IMG/VR virus record: IMGVR_UViG_3300029705_000015
Length of the DNA: 64,000 nt
Direction: 5' to 3' (one strand)
Origin: a virus
Taxonomy: Duplodnaviria > Heunggongvirae > Uroviricota > Caudoviricetes
Shown: positions 17,745-25,941 of the stretch, one piece after another
How positions within the stretch are numbered: position 1 is the first letter of the stretch
Layout of the letters: each line of letters starts with the position of its first letter
Translations under genes and position numbers: made by a program
The notes under the pieces: generated by a model
What the model was told of the DNA's origin: nothing
The model's input: only the letters and a program-made list of their open reading frames with translations
Database searches by the model: none

Positions 17745-18085
17745 CTGATGAACAAGCTCTTGAAATCTTACAACAAGATCATCCGAAAAACAAAGATGAG
17801 TTTTTTCGAGCTCTTGCATACGCAGCTGTTAAATTTCATGAACGATGTTGGAAAGTATACAACCCCGAAACATTTAGTGACTCATATTCGCTAAGTCAAG
17901 GAATGAAAGTACATCTTGGAATCAGATATAGCGATGGATCACGAGGTCGAGTGGATGGAAAAGTTGCATATGATGTTCGTCACAAATGGAAACTAGAAAT
18001 TGACAGTAGTTCAAAAAATATCTACACTCATGATGCAGTAATCGAAAAGTGGATGCCTTATCCTGATTATCCTAACGATAACTAA
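17741..18085 (+). CDS. hypothetical protein
   Basis: ORF with ATGA overlap. Confidence 0.45.
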   Translation: MTDEQALEILQQDHPKNKDEFFRALAYAAVKFHERCWKVYNPETFSDSYSLSQGMKVHLGIRYSDGSRGRVDGKVAYDVRHKWKLEIDSSSKNIYTHDAVIEKWMPYPDYPNDN

Positions 18086-18116
18086 GCTAACTGTAGAAAT
18101 ATAGTTAGCTTTTTTT
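18085..18116 (+). terminator. rho-independent terminator
   Basis: Hairpin AAGCTAACT/AGTTAGCTT followed by T6. Confidence 0.65.
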
Positions 18117-18118
18117 AG

Positions 18119-18147
18119 TTGATTATTTAACTGTTATCATATATAAT
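18119..18147 (+). promoter_or_regulatory. sigma70-like promoter (conserved motif)
   Basis: TAGTTGATTATTTAACTGTTATC...TATAAT. Confidence 0.5.
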
Positions 18148-18184
18148 GTTAGTATAATAAATAACAGTTAAGGAAGTGCATCTT

Positions 18185-18532
18185 ATGTTTAAGTTCCATA
18201 CTTATGTTCCCGCTTCTCAGATTTGGCCTACTGCTGAAAATCATGTTGACAAGGGAATGGCCCTTGGCTTAGTAAGAGGCTATTGTGTTGAGGTTAAGCT
18301 CAGTGACGGTAGCACTGATTGGTGGTCTTGTGAGTGGATTCAAAGCGAGCCCGAAACTGAATTCAATGATGATTTTCATATTTGGTTGTGGAAGGAAAAC
18401 TGTGTTGAACTCACCGGTAGAATCTGCTTCAGAGGTTATGGTTTTGAAGAATATGACTTTGAAGAGCGTGAACATGTAGTTCGGCCCATCGATGACGCCG
18501 AAGCACTTAAAATCATTCAGAGTGTTGCTTGA
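18185..18532 (+). CDS. hypothetical protein
   Basis: AAGGAAG RBS lies 10 nt upstream of the ATG at 18185. Confidence 0.5.
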   Translation: MFKFHTYVPASQIWPTAENHVDKGMALGLVRGYCVEVKLSDGSTDWWSCEWIQSEPETEFNDDFHIWLWKENCVELTGRICFRGYGFEEYDFEEREHVVRPIDDAEALKIIQSVA

Positions 18533-18545
18533 GGAGGTAACTGTT

Positions 18546-18749
18546 ATGTATGAAATGAATTTTGTTTGTAAGTGTATCAAGTCCTGTTGGGACTTCGATG
18601 TGGACGCTGGAGAGGTTTACAACGGAACTGCTGTTTTCGACAAAAACGGATTTGTTACGTTTGTTATCCACATCTTTGATGACCCTCCTATCCGTTGTGT
18701 TCAAGAGTGGTTCGAAGAGTATTTTGAACTTGTACATACAAACAACTAG
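18546..18749 (+). CDS. hypothetical protein
   Basis: GAGGAGG RBS before the ATG at 18546. Confidence 0.45.
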   Translation: MYEMNFVCKCIKSCWDFDVDAGEVYNGTAVFDKNGFVTFVIHIFDDPPIRCVQEWFEEYFELVHTNN

Positions 18750-18766
18750 TTCAGGAGGTTACTAGA

Positions 18767-19177
18767 ATGAGGTTTAATATATTTGAAAGCACCGTTGGTG
18801 CATGTGTGGCGGTAGAAGATGCACTCACTGAAAGAGAGGCGTTGATTCAGTATCTTCTAAGACATGAAGAACTGGATGATATTATGTTGTGGAAGTTTAC
18901 CGATCGTTCCAGCTCGTGGAAACTTGCTAAGTATGATCAGGAAGATGAATACTTGTATGCAAAGTTAGCTCCTCACGAGGATAACTTGTGGGAATTTTTC
19001 AATCAACTACCTCAAGGATACGATATGCAGATTTTTGATGCCGAAGGTAAACTTTTGGTAGAAAGTTACAATAGCATCTCAAGTTCAATGGATGATTATA
19101 GAATTCAATCCGTAAAAAGATCAGAAACTGATCACACTGTTTTCATTGTAAAAGTTGAGAAGGGAGGGGATGTGTAA
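18767..19177 (+). CDS. hypothetical protein
   Basis: AGGAGG RBS. Confidence 0.5.
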   Translation: MRFNIFESTVGACVAVEDALTEREALIQYLLRHEELDDIMLWKFTDRSSSWKLAKYDQEDEYLYAKLAPHEDNLWEFFNQLPQGYDMQIFDAEGKLLVESYNSISSSMDDYRIQSVKRSETDHTVFIVKVEKGGDV

Positions 19178-19180
19178 ACT

Positions 19181-19579
19181 ATGAAAGAATACACGCTTGA
19201 AAACATCTCTGAATGGGTGAAGGATCTTGAATCTAAGTCAAAGTTTAGTCAATTCAGAGTATATTGCATTGTTTCGAGGCATGATGAAAATTGTGTAAAA
19301 CAAAATCATATCATTGAAGCTGCAGGATTGAACAACAGATTTGGTGGCAAACAGGTTCACTGCGTTGGCGAGGATATGGCTGTCATTGAATATCAAGATT
19401 CAAGAAGAGAAGAAACTTATTTCATACCTTATGTTAAAGATCATCCTCATTCTTCGGAATGGTTTTCATCTTTTGATTGTGCTCTTCTGGCTGCAATAAG
19501 TTTGAAATATACACATAGCGTTGATGGTGGTAAATTTGCTGCAAAAATGTTGGAAGTGAGAGACAAATGCGAGGATTAA
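19181..19579 (+). CDS. hypothetical protein
   Basis: ORF in a tightly packed operon. Confidence 0.5.
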   Translation: MKEYTLENISEWVKDLESKSKFSQFRVYCIVSRHDENCVKQNHIIEAAGLNNRFGGKQVHCVGEDMAVIEYQDSRREETYFIPYVKDHPHSSEWFSSFDCALLAAISLKYTHSVDGGKFAAKMLEVRDKCED

Positions 19580-19584
19580 CTTTG

Positions 19585-19728
19585 ATGCTCGGAGCTATAT
19601 ATCTGTGGTATGTAGCTGCTAACATAAGTAACAAATATGAAAAAGCTAACTTTCTTAGAGGAATATTTGTATTCCTATCTTGGATGTCTTTCATAGCATC
19701 CATTATACTAACATGTATCGGGGTATAA
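19585..19728 (+). CDS. small membrane protein (two predicted TM segments)
   Basis: 47-aa hydrophobic ORF below the track cutoff. Confidence 0.3.
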   Translation: MLGAIYLWYVAANISNKYEKANFLRGIFVFLSWMSFIASIILTCIGV

Positions 19729-19731
19729 CTA

Positions 19732-19944
19732 ATGAGTTATGTTCGTGAAAACACAATTCTAACTGATCTGTTGAAGGTTCCTGTTAATGTGCCATTTGGT
19801 TGTGGTGGCAGTATATATAGAGTTACAAACTACAACAATCTTCAAGTTAAGTACACACACGGTTGGTGTGAAGTTCATCCCGCAGAAGCTGTAGAGGTAT
19901 ACATCAACAGAAACAAAATAAAGATTTTGGAGGATTATGTATGA
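19732..19944 (+). CDS. hypothetical protein
   Basis: ORF. Confidence 0.4.
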   Translation: MSYVRENTILTDLLKVPVNVPFGCGGSIYRVTNYNNLQVKYTHGWCEVHPAEAVEVYINRNKIKILEDYV

Positions 19945-20100
19945 TTATCCGTAAGGGTTGGAGACGTAAAATATATCGCAGAGATAGCGATATCAGTAAG
20001 TACGTTTATGAAGGTTGGTTTTTGCTTGGAATCTTCCCTTTGTATATCCATCGAGTCACTGTATATAACAAGTGACATATACCAGAGAGGATAACTAACA

Positions 20101-20295
20101 ATGGCAACTAAACCTATTACAAATGACACTGAACAACGCTCTGCAACTATTCTACTAAATCATCATAGTTTAGCAATGTGCAACGACAAGACCATGGACA
20201 AACTTGTTGAAAATTTTGCACAAGCAAAAGATCTTCTGATTGAAATTTACAAGTACAACGCAAAACGTATTGTTGAGTCACAAGAAAAGAAATAA
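20101..20295 (+). CDS. hypothetical protein
   Basis: ORF with a GAGG RBS. Confidence 0.4.
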   Translation: MATKPITNDTEQRSATILLNHHSLAMCNDKTMDKLVENFAQAKDLLIEIYKYNAKRIVESQEKK

Positions 20296-20340
20296 CGCGC
20301 ACAACTGATTGTGCAAGGATGTGCATAGGAGATAACTACT

Positions 20341-20970
20341 TTGGGATTATTTACACCGGAACAAAATAAGAAGCTGATTGAAATCTATCCATATTTACAA
20401 CCTCGCAATGTTTGGACAGATAAGATCCCAGAGGACTACGACTACAGTTACATTCGTGGTGACAGAGAGGTTCCTGATGGTTGGATGCGATTGTTCTTGC
20501 TATATTGTAAAGCAATTCGTCCTGCTCTTGTTAACGATAACTATCTCGAGCAATTTCGTTTTTCTCAGGTAAAGGAAAAGTACGGATCAATGCGCTTATA
20601 TGACTTTGGTGCACCGAAAGAAGTTCGAGATCAGGAATGGCTTTACAGTGGATATAGTGAGTTTGTTTGCCAGCGCTGCGGCAACTTCGCTAAGTATAGA
20701 ACTTCATACTGGGTGGAACAGCTATGTGAACAATGCTATGATCCGAAGGAGTGTAGCGAGTCTGTTGAAAAAGTTGTTAAACACAGATCTATAACCATTC
20801 GTTCCTATGGACGAGATGGAGATACGTCAAGGACTCTATCATACAAAGATGTAAACACTGAGTACCGTAAGTGTATGAAGATGACAGATCAGCAATTCTT
20901 CGATTACATTACAAAGGAGGAGAACTATGCTCCAGAAAAACATCGACAAACAGGAACGCAAGAAGCGTGA
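20341..20970 (+). CDS. hypothetical zinc-ribbon protein (TTG start)
   Basis: CQRCG...CEQC motif. GGAG RBS. Confidence 0.45.
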   Translation: MGLFTPEQNKKLIEIYPYLQPRNVWTDKIPEDYDYSYIRGDREVPDGWMRLFLLYCKAIRPALVNDNYLEQFRFSQVKEKYGSMRLYDFGAPKEVRDQEWLYSGYSEFVCQRCGNFAKYRTSYWVEQLCEQCYDPKECSESVEKVVKHRSITIRSYGRDGDTSRTLSYKDVNTEYRKCMKMTDQQFFDYITKEENYAPEKHRQTGTQEA

Positions 20971-21206
20971 TACTTGGGTTGGATACTACCCTCGTAGAAC
21001 TCCTACCAAGAAGACGCTGATGGATCGTCAAGATAAAAAGCACAGGAATAAACAAGCCCTGCTATCTACTAAGTGGCGGGGTGATTTTTTGCCAGTTTTT
21101 TGGTAGTTTTTCTTAGTAGATCTTGTTACAACTAATCAAGTAGTATACATTATACTCTACAAGTTGATCGCGTTAAAACTTGTTGCACAAAGTGTAATAA
21201 ATCAAG

Positions 21207-21235
21207 TTGAATTACAATAATATAATAAATATAAT
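21207..21235 (+). promoter_or_regulatory. sigma70-like promoter (TTGAAT-17-TATAAT)
   Basis: Conserved motif. Additional AAGTTGAT copies occur at 21164 and 21275. Confidence 0.4.
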
Positions 21236-21313
21236 ATGACCTGTGGTCATTAACTTGGTTAAAGTTATACAAAGTTGATTGTACGATTTAAGTAAAAGTA
21301 TGAGGTCTACAAC

Positions 21314-21529
21314 ATGAAGATGATTACAGCAAAAGGCTACAAAGCATTCCACGGCAAGATGCTTATTCAGCTTGCTCCAAGTGTAAAAGATGTTGCTCCA
21401 TTTATCGAGGGCCCATATGATTGGATCTATGATCCTGAAACAAATATGTGGTATTCAGATCATCATTCCTATTCCGGCAACGTAACTACTCCGTTGTTTG
21501 ATGATTGGAAAGACGAAAAAACAAGTTGA
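21314..21529 (+). CDS. hypothetical protein
   Basis: ORF. Confidence 0.45.
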   Translation: MKMITAKGYKAFHGKMLIQLAPSVKDVAPFIEGPYDWIYDPETNMWYSDHHSYSGNVTTPLFDDWKDEKTS

Positions 21530-21554
21530 TTGTTTTAACAGTTTACAATATAAT
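21526..21554 (+). promoter_or_regulatory. sigma70-like promoter (TTGATT-17-TATAAT)
   Basis: Conserved motif. Confidence 0.45.
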
Positions 21555-21630
21555 GTAAGTGTAGATAATAAATTTACAAATGAATTCTCAATCAAGTTAT
21601 TACATATCTTTTATGAGGAGGAGTTTGTAA

Positions 21631-21873
21631 ATGAGTGAACTACGATATGCTACTGTACGAAAGTATGCTTCTCGTGAGTTAGCAAACAACAACTGTCAAC
21701 ATGCAATAATTGGAGCAAAGATTGTTCAAGAGGATGGTCAGGCTGTTCTAGTTCTTGCAAGTAATCCTGATAGGATTGTTTACATTGTTGATGATGTGTC
21801 CTTTGAGAATTACATTCAGATGTTGTTTGATAAGTATCCACAGATTAATTCAATTTGTGCAGTTCATAGATAG
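21631..21873 (+). CDS. hypothetical protein
   Basis: GAGGAGG RBS. Ends at TAG 4 nt before a tRNA. Confidence 0.5.
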   Translation: MSELRYATVRKYASRELANNNCQHAIIGAKIVQEDGQAVLVLASNPDRIVYIVDDVSFENYIQMLFDKYPQINSICAVHR

Positions 21874-21877
21874 AAAC

Positions 21878-21953
21878 GGGCCATTAGCTCAACTGGCAGA
21901 GCATCTGGCTCATAACCGGACGGTTCAGGGTTCAATCCCCTGGTGGCCCACCA
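21878..21953 (+). tRNA. tRNA-Met(CAT): tRNA-Met (anticodon CAT)
   Basis: Acceptor GGGCCAT/GTGGCCC, anticodon arm TCTGG-CTCATAA-CCGGA, TTCAATC T-loop and CCA. Confidence 0.7.
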
Positions 21954-22058
21954 CTATGTATCCATAACATAGTACCTCCTTTCAAATTAAAAGCCTCAAT
22001 GTGGCACAAGGCTCCAGCTGCAACTGGTTCAGGAGTGCCACACTTCTACGAAATATAT

Positions 22059-22136
22059 CCTTCAATGGTGCAGTTGGTAGACACCGCCTTGCTATGGAAA
22101 GGCGTTGCGTTGGTTCGAGTCCAACTTGATGGACCA
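22059..22136 (+). tRNA. tRNA-like with an 8-nt anticodon loop (aberrant or pseudo tRNA)
   Basis: Acceptor CCTTCAA/TTGATGG has one mismatch. The anticodon stem CGCCTT/AAGGCG carries an 8-nt loop GCTATGGA. T-arm GTTGG-TTCGAGT-CCAAC and CCA are present. Confidence 0.3.
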
Positions 22137-22669
22137 GAATGTCGTAGATCTGAATCTAGGCGGGGTGGCGAAGTGCCCAAAATCCTCGTGAGGGCAATTG
22201 CAGGGGAGCTGCTTCTAGGGCTGAAGGCTCCTTACGACATCTAAATATGATGAGAGCTGGTTACTCTGCTGAGCGGTGAAACGATATATCTGCAGGCGGT
22301 GCGTGCACCTACACGACATCATATTTAGCGTTAACCGAACTCTTTACGTGAAGTTGAGTGACTCATACACAGGTAGCATTTACATTAAATCTGCTTCTAT
22401 AAAGTTATGTTCAAGAGTTGTTAAGAGGATCTGTATGAGAGATCCGTCGGGTTGCAGCGTTTATTTAACAACAAATGAGCAGCATCATAGGCCACTGGCT
22501 TGTTACACGACCTCAAGGCGAACAGATAAGATGGATGACGGTGTGGCAACGCAGACCAACTTACGGCTCTGTAACAAACTTGTATAATTGTTACATCTAT
22601 AGATAGTGTCTAGGCGTTGAGTAGAGGAAATGTAACAAGTTAGTGGTACTAGTTGTTTTCTTAAGATCT

Positions 22670-22756
22670 GCGGGATTGCATGGAATGGTAGACAGGGCAG
22701 ACTCAAAATCTGTTGCTCATAAGAGCGTGAGGGTTCGAGTCCCTCATCCCGCACCA
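22670..22756 (+). tRNA. tRNA-Leu(CAA): tRNA-Leu (anticodon CAA), type II
   Basis: Acceptor GCGGGAT/ATCCCGC, anticodon arm GCAGA-CTCAAAA-TCTGT, variable arm hairpin GCTC-ATAA-GAGC, T-arm TGAGGG-TTCGAGT-CCCTCA and CCA. Confidence 0.7.
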
Positions 22757-22768
22757 TACAAAAGATAG

Positions 22769-22797
22769 TTGATTTAACTGTTATCATAAATTATAAT
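22769..22797 (+). promoter_or_regulatory. sigma70-like promoter (conserved motif)
   Basis: TAGTTGATTTAACTGTTATC...TATAAT. Confidence 0.5.
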
Positions 22798-22829
22798 AAG
22801 AATGTAAATAATTCATGGAGGTTGATGTT

Positions 22830-23027
22830 ATGCCAAAGCCTGATGGAACTCTTTACAGATGGGAGCTTGCCGAATTGCGCCAAGCGGAAGCAAGTTATGA
22901 AAGAGCTGTTCACAGAACAAAGATGACACAAGGATCCTCCTCTCAGCCCTACAATGAGGCGGCAGAGAAAGTTGCGTTTGCTCGTTTGCTATCCGCAAAT
23001 ACAAAGTATGGCGGATACAGACGTTAA
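22830..23027 (+). CDS. hypothetical protein
   Basis: GGAGG RBS before the ATG at 22830. Confidence 0.45.
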   Translation: MPKPDGTLYRWELAELRQAEASYERAVHRTKMTQGSSSQPYNEAAEKVAFARLLSANTKYGGYRR

Positions 23028-23213
23028 CAGTTTTCTGTTAGCTGTATAAAACAGTTTGATTAGACGCTAAGTTGCAAGTCGCTTAGCAGCGAGTGAAGGC
23101 TTGCCGAAGAGTACAACTTGCATGAATGATTTGAAGAGGTAATTGCACTTCTTGTTGTTCTATGTAAGCCAGTTAGTTGACTCCACACCATTGATGGACT
23201 AGATGGTATCAAG

Positions 23214-23242
23214 TTGATCATTTCGTAGTATAACTATATAAT
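23214..23242 (+). promoter_or_regulatory. sigma70-like promoter (TTGATC-17-TATAAT)
   Basis: Conserved motif upstream of the tRNA fragment and tRNA. Confidence 0.4.
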
Positions 23243-23256
23243 CACTTTATAGATAA

Positions 23257-23282
23257 GCCCGTGTGGTGGAATAGGTAGACAC
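23257..23282 (+). other. tRNA 5' fragment (acceptor plus D-arm only)
   Basis: GCCCGTG-TG-GTGGAATAGGTAGACAC with no downstream anticodon or T arms. The D-arm is identical to the fragment at 12635-12654. Confidence 0.4.
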
Positions 23283-23321
23283 TTTAATCTTTCGTTGTAT
23301 ATATTACTATAAAATAAATTT

Positions 23322-23458
23322 GGCCCAATGGTGGAATTGGTAGACACAAGGGACTTGTTGGATGCCAGTGCTAATCGAGTAGGGGCAGCACCTACATCCG
23401 ACACCAAAAATCCCTCGCTGGAGACAGCGTACCGGTTCGAGTCCGGTTTGGGCCACCA
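23322..23458 (+). tRNA. type II tRNA (Ser-TGA or Leu-TAA like) with a ~50-nt structured insertion in the anticodon loop
   Basis: Acceptor GGCCCAA/TTGGGCC-A-CCA, D-arm and anticodon stem AGGGA/TCCCT. The loop region 23354-23410 is 57 nt and has an internal helix TTGGATG...CATCCGA. Variable arm CGCTG-GAGA-CAGCG and T-arm ACCGG-TTCGAGT-CCGGT follow. Confidence 0.5.
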
Positions 23459-23472
23459 GAAAGATCAATAGT

Positions 23473-24393
23473 ATGAGTACAAAAGAAGATTATAACTTAT
23501 CTAGACCAAGAATTGCGTGTCCTCATTGTGGTCGAGGAATAACAAAAGCTTGTTATGATCGGCATGTTTCAGTTTGTTTGAAAAATCAGTCACAGATCCA
23601 AAGAGAGTCTTACAAGTTAGATCATGATGGTTTGAATTGTAAGTTCTGTGGAAAGTTGTGCAAGAGCACAAACAGTTTGATACAACACGAAATCCGATGT
23701 AAAGATAATCCCCATAGGAATTGTCATACCGCTTTGCAAGATCATGTTGCTAACAATGTTAGAGGTCAAACAAAGCATACATCTTTGCAGATACGGAAAC
23801 AAAGTGAGCGCTTACAAGATCTGTATGCAAGTGGTGAGCTTATTCCTGCAAGTAAAGGAAAGCCTGGAAGCTTTTCCGGATGTAAACACAGCATAGAAAC
23901 AAAACGCAAGATTGGAGAACATGTTTCTGCGTCACGAAAAGCAGGATATGCTTCAGGTAGAATAACACCAGCAAAGGGTGTTGGTTGTGGTAAGTATTCT
24001 TACATACAGTACAAAGACAGAACGTACATGTTGCGAAGCACATACGAGTTCATCTATGCGCTGTATCTTTTGAAGAACGGTATTGAATTTGAACTGGAAG
24101 CTATTCGAGTTCCAGCAACAAATTCTTCTACTGTTTCAAACTCAACATTCATTTCAGATTTTAGTTACGATAACAAGGTTGTAGAAATCAAGGGAATTCC
24201 AAGCGAAAAAGACTCATGTATAAAAGATGCATTTGAGTCCGCTGGATATACATTTGTAGAACTATTTGAATCTGATATCGCTATCTATAAAGAGTGGCTG
24301 AAATCAAACAATATTCCTATCGATGAATTACTAGTTAAAATCAAAGATCATCATGACAAGAAAGACTATTTTGTCTTCACATTTGATAACTAG
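23473..24393 (+). CDS. homing endonuclease-like protein (zinc finger, NUMOD3 motifs, PD-(D/E)xK-like C-terminal domain)
   Basis: CPHCG/CKFCG fingers, the NUMOD3-like CKHSIETKRKIGEH, and a C-terminal STYEFIYALYL...VVEIKG. Paralogous to 25060 and 31871. Ends at TAG. Confidence 0.6.
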   Translation: MSTKEDYNLSRPRIACPHCGRGITKACYDRHVSVCLKNQSQIQRESYKLDHDGLNCKFCGKLCKSTNSLIQHEIRCKDNPHRNCHTALQDHVANNVRGQTKHTSLQIRKQSERLQDLYASGELIPASKGKPGSFSGCKHSIETKRKIGEHVSASRKAGYASGRITPAKGVGCGKYSYIQYKDRTYMLRSTYEFIYALYLLKNGIEFELEAIRVPATNSSTVSNSTFISDFSYDNKVVEIKGIPSEKDSCIKDAFESAGYTFVELFESDIAIYKEWLKSNNIPIDELLVKIKDHHDKKDYFVFTFDN

Positions 24394-24661
24394 TTGTTTA
24401 TACCAATCGCTTGATTCCTGTAGCGTTTGAAACCGCCAATAATGCGACCCAGCGACTAATGTCGCTGCTAAGTGAGGCGTACGAGGAAAGAAGGGTTGAG
24501 CGATACAAAGCGTCTTGCTTTTGTTACTTTTTCTTCTGGCGCAGAATACTAAAAGTATCCGTAACGATGCAATACTTCCTAAGACGTGACAGGGTTAGGG
24601 ATAAGTAAAATCCGACGACAAATCATGGTTGACTGCTGGAATAGACAGCTATTTTTAACAT

Positions 24662-24752
24662 GGAGCGGTACCCAAGTGGTGAAGGGGGCAGTTTGCTAAA
24701 CTGCTAGGCGGTTAACAGCCGTGCAAGGGTTCGAACCCCTCCCGCTCCGCCA
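24662..24752 (+). tRNA. tRNA-Ser(GCT): tRNA-Ser (anticodon GCT), type II
   Basis: Acceptor GGAGCGG/CCGCTCC, anticodon arm GCAGT-TTGCTAA-ACTGC, long variable arm, TTCGAAC T-loop and CCA. Confidence 0.7.
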
Positions 24753-24941
24753 ATTCATTCAAAGGCGGTAAGATGGAAAAGTTAACTCCCGAGATTGAAA
24801 ACTTACTAGCTGGAACATTCAAGCTCCGACAAACACTATCTTCTGTACTTCCTCCCGAAGCAGTTGATTACATTATTGAATTGATTGCAAAGGATGGCGC
24901 ACATAGAAAATTCTTGGAGATTACAAATATGCAAGATTAAG

Positions 24942-24970
24942 TTGATTGTTTACATAGTACATTATATAAT
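24942..24970 (+). promoter_or_regulatory. sigma70-like promoter (TTGATT-17-TATAAT)
   Basis: Conserved motif upstream of the endonuclease gene at 25060. Confidence 0.45.
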
Positions 24971-25059
24971 GTTGACGTGGTTACTAGATAGTTTATGCGG
25001 TTAGTCTTGTTTTATTCATTGTATAATATGTTATATAATTCTTCCGGAGTTTGTAACAT

Positions 25060-25731
25060 ATGTACATTTGCCCATTTTGTAACAAAGAATGCAAAAATCA
25101 AAACAGTTTAACAAATCATAAACGATTTTGTAAACTCAATCCAGACCATATTATTATGCCACCTCATAGGAAAGGCATTCCTTCATGGAATAGTGGCTTG
25201 ACAAGCAAAGATGATTCTAGAATTCTTTGTGGTTCAGAATTATCAGATGCAGTTAAACAGGGAATGATGAATTCTAATTATATCCCAACAGGACGAGCTT
25301 CAACCGATGAGAAAGAACAACTAAGAAGACAAAAGTTGTCCGTGGTAGCAAAAGAAAGAAACTTGGGTGGATATGTTCCAGGCTCTGGAAGAGGCAAGAA
25401 GGGTTGGTATAAAGGATTTTTCTGCGATTCTACATATGAGTTAGTTTATGTAATCTTCAATCTTGATAACGGTATACCATTCAAGAAATGTCAGAAAGTT
25501 TATCAATATCTGATTGATGGTGAAACTCATAACTATCATCCTGATTTTGAATTAGCAGATGGGACGCTTGTTGAGATAAAAGGTTATCATAACAGTCTTG
25601 TTGATATAAAAGCTGCATCTGTTGTAGATACAAAAATTGACATTCTTTATGAGTCAGACTTGAAGTATGCATTTGACTGGGTTGAAAGTCATTATGAATA
25701 CAAAGAATTATCTGACTTATATGAAAAATAA
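25060..25731 (+). CDS. homing endonuclease-like protein (zinc finger, NUMOD3, PD-(D/E)xK)
   Basis: CPFCNKECKN finger, the NUMOD3-like SWNSGLTSKDDSR, and a C-terminal YHPDFELADGTLVEIKG (PD...EIK) motif. Confidence 0.6.
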   Translation: MYICPFCNKECKNQNSLTNHKRFCKLNPDHIIMPPHRKGIPSWNSGLTSKDDSRILCGSELSDAVKQGMMNSNYIPTGRASTDEKEQLRRQKLSVVAKERNLGGYVPGSGRGKKGWYKGFFCDSTYELVYVIFNLDNGIPFKKCQKVYQYLIDGETHNYHPDFELADGTLVEIKGYHNSLVDIKAASVVDTKIDILYESDLKYAFDWVESHYEYKELSDLYEK

Positions 25732-25736
25732 TATTT

Positions 25737-25831
25737 GGCGGGATACCGAAGCGGTCATAACGGCACGGTCTTGAAAACCGTTGTGTCGGCTCTGATCCGA
25801 CCCGGGGGTTCGAGTCCCTCTCCCGCCGCCA
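25737..25831 (+). tRNA. tRNA-Ser(TGA): tRNA-Ser (anticodon TGA), type II
   Basis: Acceptor GGCGGGA/TCCCGCC, anticodon arm ACGGT-CTTGAAA-ACCGT, long variable arm, TTCGAGT T-loop and CCA. Confidence 0.7.
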
Positions 25832-25860
25832 TAAACAATTTACTACTTGATTGAAAGTAG

Positions 25861-25889
25861 TTGAAGTTATTTACATTCTATCATATAAT
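25861..25889 (+). promoter_or_regulatory. sigma70-like promoter (TTGAAG-17-TATAAT)
   Basis: Conserved motif upstream of the TROVE gene. Confidence 0.45.
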
Positions 25890-25941
25890 ATGGATGTAAA
25901 CGATAGATAAATTCTTAGATGATTACAAGGAGATGACCTGT

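Noticed and set aside
21999-22587. ORFs 21999-22244 and 22276-22587 in the tRNA island
   Set aside because: They cover tRNA-like elements and hairpin-rich spacer, with no RBS and Arg/Cys/Ser-rich nonsense translations. They are likely non-coding.
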